From Gordonia paraffinivorans (GTDB taxonomy: Bacteria; Actinomycetota; Actinomycetes; Mycobacteriales; Mycobacteriaceae), in NCBI GenBank assembly GCA_036946345.1, contig JAQIJH010000001.1:41684-105683 (forward strand): a stretch of 64,000 bases of DNA, written 5' to 3'. Shown one piece after another: positions 9,341 to 18,208 of the stretch. Both the position numbers and the translations under genes were made by a program. The first letter of the stretch is position 1. Each line of letters opens with the position of its first letter. The notes below the pieces were generated by a model. It did no database searches. It saw only the letters and a program-made list of their open reading frames with translations, and was not told the DNA's origin.

Positions 9341-9918
9341 GCGACGACGCACTCTGGGCGCTCGGCCGGGGAACCGGGCTGACCGCACTCATGCTCCTGA
9401 CCGTCTCGATCGTCCTGGGCGTCGTCGCGCGGTCGGGCCGTCCTCTGCCCGGACTCCCGCGGTTCGCGGTCTCCTCGCTGCATCGCTCGGTCGCGCTGGG
9501 TGCGACGCTGCTGATCGTCCTGCACGTCGCGACGATGGTGGTCGACCCCTACGCGCAGATCGACCTGGTCGACGTGGTCCTGCCGTTCCGCGCGGGGTAC
9601 GAGCCGGTGTGGGTCGGGCTCGGAACGCTCGCCCTCGATCTGGTGCTGGTCGTCGTGGCGACCGGTCTGCTGCGGCATCGGCTCCGCCCGAACGTCTTCC
9701 GGGCGATACACCTCCTGACCTACCTGCTCTGGCCGATGGCTCTCGTGCACGCGCTGGGCAGTGGCACCGACACCGGCCACGCGTGGATGATCGCGATCTG
9801 TGCCGGGTGCGCGGTCGTCGTCGTCGCGGCGGTCGTCGCGCGACTGGCCCTCCCCGACGAGTTCGCCGCCCCCCGCCGGGTGGTCCAGGCGACCCGACCG
9901 CCGGTCGGTGTGCGATGA
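9337..9918 (+). CDS. Ferric-reductase/MsrQ-like di-heme membrane protein
   Basis: About 5 TM segments with His pairs H-x13-H (LHRS...VLH) and H-x12-H (IHLL...VH); ATGA overlap. Confidence 0.85.
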   Translation: MSDDALWALGRGTGLTALMLLTVSIVLGVVARSGRPLPGLPRFAVSSLHRSVALGATLLIVLHVATMVVDPYAQIDLVDVVLPFRAGYEPVWVGLGTLALDLVLVVVATGLLRHRLRPNVFRAIHLLTYLLWPMALVHALGSGTDTGHAWMIAICAGCAVVVVAAVVARLALPDEFAAPRRVVQATRPPVGVR

Positions 9919-11150
9919 CCGCGGCGGCGACGTTCCCGACGGGGGTCGCGCCCACCCCCGGCGGCCGACGCCGACTGCTGCTCGGCGTCGGTGACGATCT
10001 CGACCGTCACACCCGGACGCACGGACCTCGACGACTCCACGGCCCCGTCGTCATCGACGAGATCGCGCAGGCAGGACTGACCGGTCGCGGAGGTGCCGCT
10101 TTCCCGGTCGCGACCAAGCTCGCGACCGCGCGTGACGCCATGACCCGCGGTCGGCGGTCGGTCGTGATCGCGAACGCCGCCGAGGGTGAACCCCTCTCGC
10201 GCAAGGACGCCGTCCTGATGCACGAGGCCCCGCACCTCGTGCTCGACGGGCTGGCGGCGGTCGCGTCGGCGGTGGGAGCCACCGACGCGTACCTGTACGT
10301 GTCCTCCGCCGCGGCGTCTCGCCTCCGGGCGCTGATCGCCGCACGCGCCGCCCGGGAACGGGACAGCCTGACCACGACGGTGGTCGAGGCCCCCGACCGG
10401 TTCGTGGCCGGCGAGACCACCGCGGTCGTCGACGGCGTCGGGGGAGGCCCCGGCCTCCCGCACGACCGCCGCCTCCCGACCGCGACGAGCGGGCTCCGGG
10501 GACGGCCCACCGTCGTCCACAACGTCGAGACCCTCGCGCACATCGCCCTGATCGACAGGCACGGCGCCGACTGGTTCCGCGAGCGCGGGACCCGGTCGGA
10601 GCCCGGATCGATGCTCGTGACCGTCTCCGGCGATCACGGGATCCGCGGTGTGGCCGAATGCGACCTCGGCGCGCCTCTCGCGTCGCTGGTCGACCCGGGC
10701 GCGCGCGCCGTGCTGGTGGGTGGCTTCCACGGCACCTGGGTCGACGGTCGTGAGGTCGGGTCCCTGGCGCTCTCGGCGCGATCGCTGCGGGGTGTCGGTG
10801 CAGCGCCCGGCGCCGGGGTGGTCCGGTCCCTCGGCGCGGCATCCTGTGGTCTCCGGGTGACCGCGGACATCGTCGACCACCTCGCCGGGGAGAGCGCCGG
10901 TCAGTGCGGACCGTGCGTGTTCGGACTGCCCGCGCTCGCGGTCGCGTTCCGAGACCTGGTCACCCACGGTGGTGCCGACCGGGCCGAGACCGTCGCCCGG
11001 CTCGCCGCCACCGTCGACGGTCGCGGCGCCTGCGCGCACCCCGACGGCACCGCCCGGCTCGTCCGGTCGGCGCTCACAGTGTTCGGCGACGACGTCGAGC
11101 ATCACGCGGCGGGCCGATGCACCGCCCAGACCTCACGAGGACACCGATGA
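9915..11150 (+). CDS. NuoF-like NADH-binding flavo-Fe-S protein (stand-alone)
   Basis: GLTGRGGAAFP, NAAEGEP, FVAGETTA, RPTVVHNVETL, ESAGQCGPC...GACAHP; ATGA overlap. Confidence 0.88.
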   Translation: MTAAATFPTGVAPTPGGRRRLLLGVGDDLDRHTRTHGPRRLHGPVVIDEIAQAGLTGRGGAAFPVATKLATARDAMTRGRRSVVIANAAEGEPLSRKDAVLMHEAPHLVLDGLAAVASAVGATDAYLYVSSAAASRLRALIAARAARERDSLTTTVVEAPDRFVAGETTAVVDGVGGGPGLPHDRRLPTATSGLRGRPTVVHNVETLAHIALIDRHGADWFRERGTRSEPGSMLVTVSGDHGIRGVAECDLGAPLASLVDPGARAVLVGGFHGTWVDGREVGSLALSARSLRGVGAAPGAGVVRSLGAASCGLRVTADIVDHLAGESAGQCGPCVFGLPALAVAFRDLVTHGGADRAETVARLAATVDGRGACAHPDGTARLVRSALTVFGDDVEHHAAGRCTAQTSRGHR

Positions 11151-11404
11151 CCCGCGCCCGTCGTGCCGCCGTGCACATCGACTTCACCCGGTGCGACGGC
11201 CGGGGACTGTGCGCCGAACTGTTGCCCGCGACACTCGCCCGCGACCCATGGGGCTACCCGATCGCCGTCGCCGACCCCCGGACGACCGATCAGCGGGAAC
11301 CGGAGGTCGCGGTGTCCGACGTCGGACGCGTCGGCCGGGCCGTGCGGGCGTGTCCGCGGTCGGCACTGTCGGCGGTCGAGCTGGTCGACCCCGCGCGCGG
11401 CTGA
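11147..11404 (+). CDS. Small ferredoxin (single-cluster, probably 3Fe-4S)
   Basis: IDFTRCDGRGLCAELLP...AVRACPRSAL; ATGA overlap. Confidence 0.85.
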   Translation: MTRARRAAVHIDFTRCDGRGLCAELLPATLARDPWGYPIAVADPRTTDQREPEVAVSDVGRVGRAVRACPRSALSAVELVDPARG

Positions 11405-12279
11405 CCCGCGCGGCTCTGCGCGACGCAGGCCACCGCGCCCAGCACGAGACCCACCACAGCCAACGGCGAGAGAGCCTCACCCAGACCGATCCACGCCATC
11501 ACACCGGCGACCGACGGGACCACGGCGAACAGGATCGACGCCGCACGCGGCCCGGATCGCGCGATGCACGCCGCGTACAGCGACGTCGCCCCGATCGAGC
11601 TGAAGAGCACCATGACGACCAGCAGGACGATCGCCCGCGGCCAGTCGGTGACCTGCATCGGCGAGGCGATCGCGATCACCGCGGCCAGCGGTGTCGACGC
11701 GGTCACGCCGATGGCGGTGATGAGCATCGGGTCCATGCCGACGCACCGTCGGCCCTGATGGATGCCGCCCACCGACAGGCCGAGCATGCCCACGATGACC
11801 GCGACGATGCCGAGCCCGAGATGGTGATCGGCGACCAGCGACGGCGCGCAGGCCAGCACCACCGACACCGTGGCGAGGACGAGAGCGGCGACACCCCAGC
11901 GGGATTCGCGGTGACCGAGCGTGACCATCATGATCGCGGAGGTGGCGACCGGGTTCAGGGCCACGATGAGCGCCGCGAGTCCGGCGGGCACGCCGTGCGA
12001 GAGCCCCCAGTAGCAGCCGAGGAACTGCACGCCCTGGGTGAGGACGCCGGCGATCGCGGCGTGCCCGAGTCGGCGACGGGGTGGGAGTGGGACCCGGCGG
12101 ACGGCGAGGACGCCCCACAGGAGCACCGCCGACGCGACGAAACGGATGAGGATGACCAGGAACGGCGACATCACGGCGATGGTGGCCGCGCCGATCGGGT
12201 AACCGGCCGCGTACAGCAGGACGGTCGGCACGGCGAGTCCGAGCGACATCGTCGCCGGGGTGTTCTCGGTGCGGATCAT
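11290..12279 (-). CDS. DMT/EamA-family transporter
   Basis: About 10 TM segments, LIRF, LAALIVALNP, GEALSPLAVVG; 3' end overlaps the ferredoxin gene. Confidence 0.85.
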   Translation of the reverse strand: MIRTENTPATMSLGLAVPTVLLYAAGYPIGAATIAVMSPFLVILIRFVASAVLLWGVLAVRRVPLPPRRRLGHAAIAGVLTQGVQFLGCYWGLSHGVPAGLAALIVALNPVATSAIMMVTLGHRESRWGVAALVLATVSVVLACAPSLVADHHLGLGIVAVIVGMLGLSVGGIHQGRRCVGMDPMLITAIGVTASTPLAAVIAIASPMQVTDWPRAIVLLVVMVLFSSIGATSLYAACIARSGPRAASILFAVVPSVAGVMAWIGLGEALSPLAVVGLVLGAVACVAQSRAGQPRAGSTSSTADSADRGHARTARPTRPTSDTATSGSR

Positions 12280-12355
12280 GGGAGAACGGTGCGCCGGATG
12301 GCCGAGCGCCCGCAAGAACGTTCACAGATCGTTGACGGTCGGGCACACTGGATCG

Positions 12356-13195
12356 GTGACCACGCTCGACATCACCCGACTCCGCAGCCTCGTGACCGTG
12401 GCGGCCGTCTCCGGTGTGCGGCCGGCGGCAGAGGCGTTGCACCTGTCACCCGCCGCCGTGAGCGGCCACGTCCACAAACTCGAGACCGAGCTCGGATGTC
12501 GCCTGCTCATGGCGCAGGGCAGGGGTGTCGGATTGACGAGCGACGGTGAGGAGCTCGTCGAGCGCGCCCGCGCCCTGCTCGACCTGCACGACGCCACCGT
12601 CCGGGCACTCGCCCCGCCCGGCGACGGCGAGATCGTCGTCGCCGCCACCGAGCACGCCGCGGAGTTCCTCGTCCCGGCGGTCGTGGCGACCCTCGACGGG
12701 CTGCACCCGACTGCCGACGTCCGGGTGCGGCTCACCCGCAGTGAGCGCGTACGTCAGCTCGCCGACGACGACCGTGCCGACGTCGCGCTCATGCTCACCC
12801 GTCCGGCGCGCGGCAGCGTGCACATCGCCGACCTCCCTCTGCAGTGGCTCAGCGTGACGGGCCAGGCGTCGGAGGCGCTGGTGCTGTTCGCGCTGCCCTG
12901 CGCCGTCCGGCATCAGGCGGTCGCGTCGCTGGCCGGCCGCGACCACCACGTCCGGCGTGAATGTGCCGACCTGAGCACGGTTCTCGCGACCGCGCGCGCA
13001 GGGGTCGGCATGACGCCCCTGCCGCGTATCGGGCCTCTCCCCGACGGTCTGCGACGCGTGCGCCACCTCCCGCCCATCCCGGATGTCCCGCTGTACGCGA
13101 TGTTCGGCGAGCGGGTCGAGGCCGCGACCCGCGCCGCGGTGGTGGCGGCGTTGCGGTCACGGTTGGGTCACCCCGCGGCACGTCGGGGCGCCTAG
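12356..13195 (+). CDS. LysR-family regulator divergent from the EamA gene
   Basis: AAEALHLSPAAVSGHVHKLETELG HTH, LTSDGE. Confidence 0.88.
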   Translation: MTTLDITRLRSLVTVAAVSGVRPAAEALHLSPAAVSGHVHKLETELGCRLLMAQGRGVGLTSDGEELVERARALLDLHDATVRALAPPGDGEIVVAATEHAAEFLVPAVVATLDGLHPTADVRVRLTRSERVRQLADDDRADVALMLTRPARGSVHIADLPLQWLSVTGQASEALVLFALPCAVRHQAVASLAGRDHHVRRECADLSTVLATARAGVGMTPLPRIGPLPDGLRRVRHLPPIPDVPLYAMFGERVEAATRAAVVAALRSRLGHPAARRGA

Positions 13196-13234
13196 GGGGC
13201 TGCGGCGGGGACCCCTGGTGGGCACAATGAGCAG

Positions 13235-14212
13235 ATGCGCTCGATCTGGAAAGGCGATCTGAGCTTTGGCCTGGTCAATGTGCCGGTCAAGGTCTACTCG
13301 GCGACCGAGTCGCACGATCGCACCTCGCATCAGGTCGACTCGAAGGACGGGACCCGGATCCGCTACCGCAAGGTGCGGGAGGGAACCGACACCGAGGTCG
13401 AGTTCGCCGACATCGCCAACGCCTACGAGTCCGACTCGGGGGAGACGGTGATCCTCACCAAGTCCGATCTCGCCGAGTTGCCCGTGCAGCGCAGTCCGGA
13501 GATCTCCATCACCGGGTTCGTACCGGAGGAGCAGGTCGACCCGATCTACTTCGACAAGCCCTACTACCTCGAGCCCGCGTCGAAGTCGACGAAAGCGTAT
13601 GTGCTGCTGCGGCAGGCGCTCGCCGACACCGAGCGGCTCGCGATCGCCACCTTCACGCTGCGCAACCGGACGCGCCTCGCGGCGCTGCGGGTCGTCGACA
13701 ACGTGATGACGCTGCAGACGCTGCTGTGGCCGGACGAGGTCCGCAAGCCCGAGTTCGCCTCGCTCGACGACGAACCCGAGCTCCGGCCGCAGGAGCTGTC
13801 GATGGCGGCGTCGCTGATCGACAGCATGGCCACCGATTTCGACCCCGACGAGTACGAGGACACCTACCAGCTCGAACTGGGCAAGCTCATCGAGGCCAAA
13901 GCGCAGGGGAGTGAGGCGTTCCCGGTGGCCGACGACGCGGACGACGGGGCCGACGCCGACTCGGAGGTCGCGGATCTGCTCGCGGCCCTGCGGGCGTCGG
14001 TGAAGAGCCGTGGCTCGTCGGACTCGGACTCGTCCGATTCCGGATCGTCCGACGGGTCCGCGGCGAAGAAGGCCCCCGCGAAGAAGACCGCAGCGAAGAA
14101 GGCTCCCGCGAAGAAGACCGCGTCGTCGGGCAGCGCGAAGAAGTCGGCGGCGAAGAAGGCGACCGCCAGGAAGACACCCACGAAGAAGGCTCCGGCGAAG
14201 AAGGCCGGCTGA
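13235..14212 (+). CDS. ku: NHEJ DNA end-binding protein Ku with Lys/Ala-rich tail
   Basis: MRSIWKGDLSFGLVNVPVKVY, DPIYFDKPYYL, LLWPDEVR, DLLAALRASV; AKKAP repeats. Confidence 0.95.
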   Translation: MRSIWKGDLSFGLVNVPVKVYSATESHDRTSHQVDSKDGTRIRYRKVREGTDTEVEFADIANAYESDSGETVILTKSDLAELPVQRSPEISITGFVPEEQVDPIYFDKPYYLEPASKSTKAYVLLRQALADTERLAIATFTLRNRTRLAALRVVDNVMTLQTLLWPDEVRKPEFASLDDEPELRPQELSMAASLIDSMATDFDPDEYEDTYQLELGKLIEAKAQGSEAFPVADDADDGADADSEVADLLAALRASVKSRGSSDSDSSDSGSSDGSAAKKAPAKKTAAKKAPAKKTASSGSAKKSAAKKATARKTPTKKAPAKKAG

Positions 14213-14251
14213 CGCGTCCCTCCGGTCCCGGGTGGGGACCGAAGGGACGCG
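14213..14251. terminator. GC-rich hairpin between convergent ku and rtcB
   Basis: CGCGTCCCTCCGGTCCC / GGGACCGAAGGGACGCG, 17-bp arms with one mismatch. Confidence 0.65.
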
Positions 14252-14262
14252 CCGCGATCGGG

Positions 14263-15450
14263 TCAGGTCCCCTTGACGTTGAGGATCTGCCGGAGGGTGT
14301 GATCGACGGACACGAGGGCCTCGGCGTCACGCATGACGACGTCGATGTCCTTGTAGGCCATCGGGATCTCGTCGATCCAGTCGGCACCGTGGCGGTACTC
14401 GATGCCGACCATCGCCGCAGCGAGGTCGTCCTCGGTGAACCGCCGCTTGGCCTCGGCGCGCGAGAACCGGCGGCCGGCGCCGTGCGGTGCCGAACACAAC
14501 GCTGCCGCGTCGCCCTTGCCGGTGACCACGTACGAGCGCGTGCCCATCGAGCCCGGGATGAGCCCGCGGACACCGACCCGCGCGTCGATCGCACCCTTGC
14601 GGGTCAACCACACCTCACGACCACCGTGCGTCTCCCGCGCGGTGTAGTTGTGGTGACAGTTGATCCGCTCGACCTCGAGCGAGGCCGGGTCGTCGACACC
14701 CGACCAGTGCGCGAGCGCCTGCCGGAACCGGTCCATCATCTCGGCCCGGTTCTCCGCCGCGAACTGCTGTGCCCACCCGAGATCACGGAGGTAGGCGTCG
14801 AGCTCGTCGGTCCCCGAGGGCAGGTACGCGAGATCCCGGTCGGGGAGACGTACGTGCCATCGACGGCAGAGCTCCTGGGCCAGCGCGATGTACCGCGATG
14901 CGATGCGGTGACCGACACCCCGGGACCCGGAGTGGAGGAACATCCACACGCGGTCCGCCTCGTCGAGGCAGAGCTCGATGAAGTGGTTGCCGCCGCCGAG
15001 TGATCCGAGCTGCTCACGCCACTTCTTCGAGTGGGTGAGGTCGACGTGGTCGCGCTCGGCGCGGTCCTCGAGCGCCGCGACGCGCGCAGCGGTGAAGCCG
15101 AACCTCTCGGTCCCGCGGTTGTAGTTGCCGGGGGACAACGGGATCGCCGACTCGATCGACCGTCGGAGGGACGCGAGGTCCCGGCCGCGGATCGACTCCG
15201 CGTCGAGCACGGTGCGGACGGCGATCATCCCGCAACCGATGTCGACACCCACCGCGGCGGGGATCACTGCGTCGACCGTCGGGAGCACGGTGCCCACCGA
15301 CGACCCCCGGCCGTAGTGGGCGTCGGGCATCAGGGCGACGTGGGGGTGCACGAACGGCAGCCGGGCAGCCTCGATCGCCTGCTCGACGGTCTTGTCGTCG
15401 AGGTCGGATGCGAAGCTGAGCAACTTGTGGTTGCCGATACGGGTGGGCAC
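14263..15450 (-). CDS. rtcB: RNA-splicing/repair ligase RtcB
   Basis: MPDAH, GVDIGCGM, LGSLGGGNHF, LHSGSRG, CHHNY, RKGA, PGSMG, SAPHGAGR, DEIPMAYK; GTG start with GAGGAG RBS. Confidence 0.95.
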   Translation of the reverse strand: MPTRIGNHKLLSFASDLDDKTVEQAIEAARLPFVHPHVALMPDAHYGRGSSVGTVLPTVDAVIPAAVGVDIGCGMIAVRTVLDAESIRGRDLASLRRSIESAIPLSPGNYNRGTERFGFTAARVAALEDRAERDHVDLTHSKKWREQLGSLGGGNHFIELCLDEADRVWMFLHSGSRGVGHRIASRYIALAQELCRRWHVRLPDRDLAYLPSGTDELDAYLRDLGWAQQFAAENRAEMMDRFRQALAHWSGVDDPASLEVERINCHHNYTARETHGGREVWLTRKGAIDARVGVRGLIPGSMGTRSYVVTGKGDAAALCSAPHGAGRRFSRAEAKRRFTEDDLAAAMVGIEYRHGADWIDEIPMAYKDIDVVMRDAEALVSVDHTLRQILNVKGT

Positions 15451-15528
15451 GGGATTCTCCTCTCGATGTGCCGACCCAGTGTTCGCGTCGAGGGGTTGCG
15501 GCGCAATGGATTTCTCACCCGACGCAGA

Positions 15529-15588
15529 CGCTCCACATATTCGAGGACGCTCCGGATACATCCGGAGCGTCCTCGAATATATGGAGCG
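15529..15588. repeat. Long near-perfect palindrome (REP-like)
   Basis: CGCTCCACATATTCGAGGACGCTCCGGA-TACA-TCCGGAGCGTCCTCGAATATATGGAGCG; 28-bp arms, 1 mismatch. Confidence 0.9.
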
Positions 15589-15652
15589 GCAACCCTGTAC
15601 GTGGAGCGTTGAACCTGGACGTGGAGCGGGAACCCTGTCCGTGGAGCGGGAA
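15581..15652. repeat. Tandem array of about 3.5 copies of a 20-bp unit
   Basis: ATGGAGCGGCAACCCTGTAC / GTGGAGCGTTGAACCTGGAC / GTGGAGCGGGAACCCTGTCC / GTGGAGCGGGAA. Confidence 0.85.
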
Positions 15653-15653
15653 G

Positions 15654-16706
15654 TCAGCTCTTCGGCGTACCCCGCCAGTCGCCGAAGGGTTCGTCGCGTT
15701 CACGGACGGCCTGCTTGAATCCCGCTGTCGCCGAGCGTGTCTGGAAGGCATAACCCTCGCGCGTGTGGCGTGACACACCGTCGAACACGGTGCTGACCAT
15801 CGCCGAGGTGGCGACGCCCTGGGACAGCAACGCGCTGTTGAGTGCGAGCTTGATCATCATCAGCTGGTTGATCGGCATCCGCGCGATCCGGGCGACGTAG
15901 TCCTCGACGACCGCGTCGAGCTGATCGGCCGGGGCGGACTCGACGGCGAGTCCCCACTCGACGGCGGTCCTCCCGTCGATGCTGTCGCCGGTGAACAGCA
16001 TCCGCTTCGCGCGCTGGTCGCCGATGCGGTGCGCCCAGAGACCCGTCGACGGCACGCCCCAGACCCGCACGGGTGGATAGCCGATGCGGACGTCGTCGGC
16101 GGTGATGATCTGGTCGCAGTGCAACGCGATGTCGGTGCCGCCGGCGATGCAGAAGCCGTGCAGCTTGGCCACGACCGGCTTGTCCGCGTGCAGCAGACTG
16201 GCGAATCCGCGTCCGTTGCGGCTCATCATCGCGTAGTCGACCATCGGGTCCCACTGTCCGTGTGGGTCGTGGTTGGTCGCCTGCACCCGCGGGTCGAGGA
16301 CGGTGCCGTCGACACGCACCTCGTGGGTGGCCGTGCCGGCCTCGTCGGCACCCGGGTCCTGCCACCGCTCGGCGAACATGCCGAGGTCGTAGCCGCCGCA
16401 GAAACCCTTGCCCCGTCCCGACAGCAGGATCACGTGGACGCGGGGGTCGAGGTCGGCGTGCTCGACGGCCGACGCGATGTCACGAGGTGTGTCGGCGGTG
16501 ATCGCGTTGCCGTGCCGCGGCCGGTTGAAGGTGATCCGCGCGACGCGGTCGGTGACCTCGTAGGTCAGCGTCGGGAACTCCAGCGTGTCCGGCGGTGTGC
16601 GGTCGCGGGCAGCCGACACCGGCGGCGCGGCGGTCCAGTCGTCGCGCCAGCCGGCGGGACGATCTCCGCCGTCGGTCGGTGTGGTGATGTCCGCCTCGTC
16701 GCTCAT
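15654..16706 (-). CDS. Crotonase/enoyl-CoA hydratase family protein
   Basis: ITFNRP..NAI, FCGGYDL, KPVVAKLHGFCIAGG. Confidence 0.9.
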   Translation of the reverse strand: MSDEADITTPTDGGDRPAGWRDDWTAAPPVSAARDRTPPDTLEFPTLTYEVTDRVARITFNRPRHGNAITADTPRDIASAVEHADLDPRVHVILLSGRGKGFCGGYDLGMFAERWQDPGADEAGTATHEVRVDGTVLDPRVQATNHDPHGQWDPMVDYAMMSRNGRGFASLLHADKPVVAKLHGFCIAGGTDIALHCDQIITADDVRIGYPPVRVWGVPSTGLWAHRIGDQRAKRMLFTGDSIDGRTAVEWGLAVESAPADQLDAVVEDYVARIARMPINQLMMIKLALNSALLSQGVATSAMVSTVFDGVSRHTREGYAFQTRSATAGFKQAVRERDEPFGDWRGTPKS

Positions 16707-16723
16707 GGGCTGACACTAACCAC

Positions 16724-17281
16724 ATGGGGATCCTGACCTACGGCATGCACATCTCCCTCGACGGTTACATCGAGGACGAGTCGGGGGGCATCGGCTTCGG
16801 AGTCCCCGACGAGGAGATGCACAAGGCCTCCAACGTGCAGGCGCGCGAGACCGCCGCGTTCCTGTTCGGACGTCGCCTCTACGACGTGATGGAGGACTTC
16901 TGGACGTCACCCGAGCGCGACGACGCCGAGCCGGTCGAGGCCGAGTTCGCCGAGATCTACCGTGCGACGCCGCGGATCGTCTTCTCCGACTCCCTGGAGT
17001 CGGTACCCGACGGCTGTCGACTCGTCCGCCGCGCCGATGCCCGGGAGGAGATCGTGCGCCTCAAGGCCGAGACCCCCGGGGTCCTCAGCATCGGCGGGCC
17101 CCGACTGGCCGCGTCCGTCGCCGACCTCGTCGACCAGGTGGACCCGTACCTGCTGCCGACCGTGCTGGGCGGCGGCACGCCGTTCTACCCGGCCGGTCAC
17201 CGGTGGGAGCTGTCGCTCGCCGAGTCACGGGTCTTCCGCGCATCGGGCTGGACCTACCTGCGCTACACGGTCCAGCACTGA
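16724..17281 (+). CDS. Dihydrofolate-reductase/RibD C-terminal family protein
   Basis: ISLDGYI, LFGRRLY, IGGPRLA, PTVLGGGTP. Confidence 0.88.
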   Translation: MGILTYGMHISLDGYIEDESGGIGFGVPDEEMHKASNVQARETAAFLFGRRLYDVMEDFWTSPERDDAEPVEAEFAEIYRATPRIVFSDSLESVPDGCRLVRRADAREEIVRLKAETPGVLSIGGPRLAASVADLVDQVDPYLLPTVLGGGTPFYPAGHRWELSLAESRVFRASGWTYLRYTVQH

Positions 17282-17304
17282 GGGGGCGGGCATAGCCTGC
17301 CTCC

Positions 17305-18087
17305 ATGAGCGAGCTCGTCCACGTGGACCGTGACGGTCCTGTCACCACCGTCACCATCGACCGCCCCGACGTCCGCAACGCCGTCGACCGTCCGACCGCG
17401 GAGGCGCTCGCCGCGGCGTTCCGCGGGTTCGACGCCGACGACGACGCGGCGGTCGCGGTTCTCGCCGGAGCCGGGTCGACCTTCTGCTCCGGCGCCGATC
17501 TGGGAGCGATCGCCGGCGATCCGGGTCGCATCAACCGGTTCGCCCCGGACGGCGACGCCCCGATGGGGGTGTCTCGGATGGAGTTGTCGAAGCCGGTGAT
17601 CGCCGCGGTCGAGGGCTATGCCGTCGCCGGTGGTCTCGAGCTCGCCGTGTGGGCGGACCTCCGCGTCGCCGCCGACGACGCCGTGTTCGGTGTGTTCTGT
17701 CGCCGCTGGGGTGTCCCGCTCATCGACGGCGGGACCGTCCGGCTGCCCCGTCTGATCGGGGAGAGTCGGGCGATGGACCTCATCCTCACCGGTCGTGCCG
17801 TCGCCGCTGACGAGGCACTCGCGATCGGTCTGGCCAACCGGGTCGTGCCGTCGGGGACGGCGGTGCAGGCCGCGCAGGACCTGGCACGAGAACTCGCAGC
17901 ATTTCCTCAGACATGCCTGCGGCAGGACCGTCTGTCGGCCCGTGAACAGCACGGGCTGACGCTGCAGCAGGCCCTGCTGAACGAGACCCGCCACGGGGCG
18001 ACGTCGCTGGTCAACGGCACCGCCGAGGGCGCTGCGCGGTTTGCCGCCGGCGCCGGGCGACACGGTGCGTCCGCCGACGCCGGCTGA
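17305..18087 (+). CDS. Crotonase/enoyl-CoA hydratase family protein
   Basis: IDRPDVRNAVD, FCSGADL, KPVIAAVEGYAVAGGLELA, CRRWGVPLIDGG. Confidence 0.92.
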   Translation: MSELVHVDRDGPVTTVTIDRPDVRNAVDRPTAEALAAAFRGFDADDDAAVAVLAGAGSTFCSGADLGAIAGDPGRINRFAPDGDAPMGVSRMELSKPVIAAVEGYAVAGGLELAVWADLRVAADDAVFGVFCRRWGVPLIDGGTVRLPRLIGESRAMDLILTGRAVAADEALAIGLANRVVPSGTAVQAAQDLARELAAFPQTCLRQDRLSAREQHGLTLQQALLNETRHGATSLVNGTAEGAARFAAGAGRHGASADAG

Positions 18088-18208
18088 CCGGCTCGGCGCG
18101 GGACCAGGTCGCCGTCGCCCTCGTCCGGGCGTCGACCGGGCGAGACGGTCCGCCTGCTCTGGCACCCTGGATTCGGACATCGTCAGGCGTACGGAGAAGG
18201 GGTGATCG

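Noticed and set aside
9915-11150. Remnant of a complex I (nuo) operon
   Set aside because: No other nuo genes are present, and the gene is translationally coupled to unrelated partners.
14061-14200. 30-bp and 15-bp GCGAAGAAG repeats
   Set aside because: They encode the AKKAP/AKKT tail of Ku, a known feature of actinobacterial Ku proteins.
15581-15652. 20-bp tandem units as a mini CRISPR array
   Set aside because: The units are contiguous with no unique spacers, are too short, and no cas genes are present.
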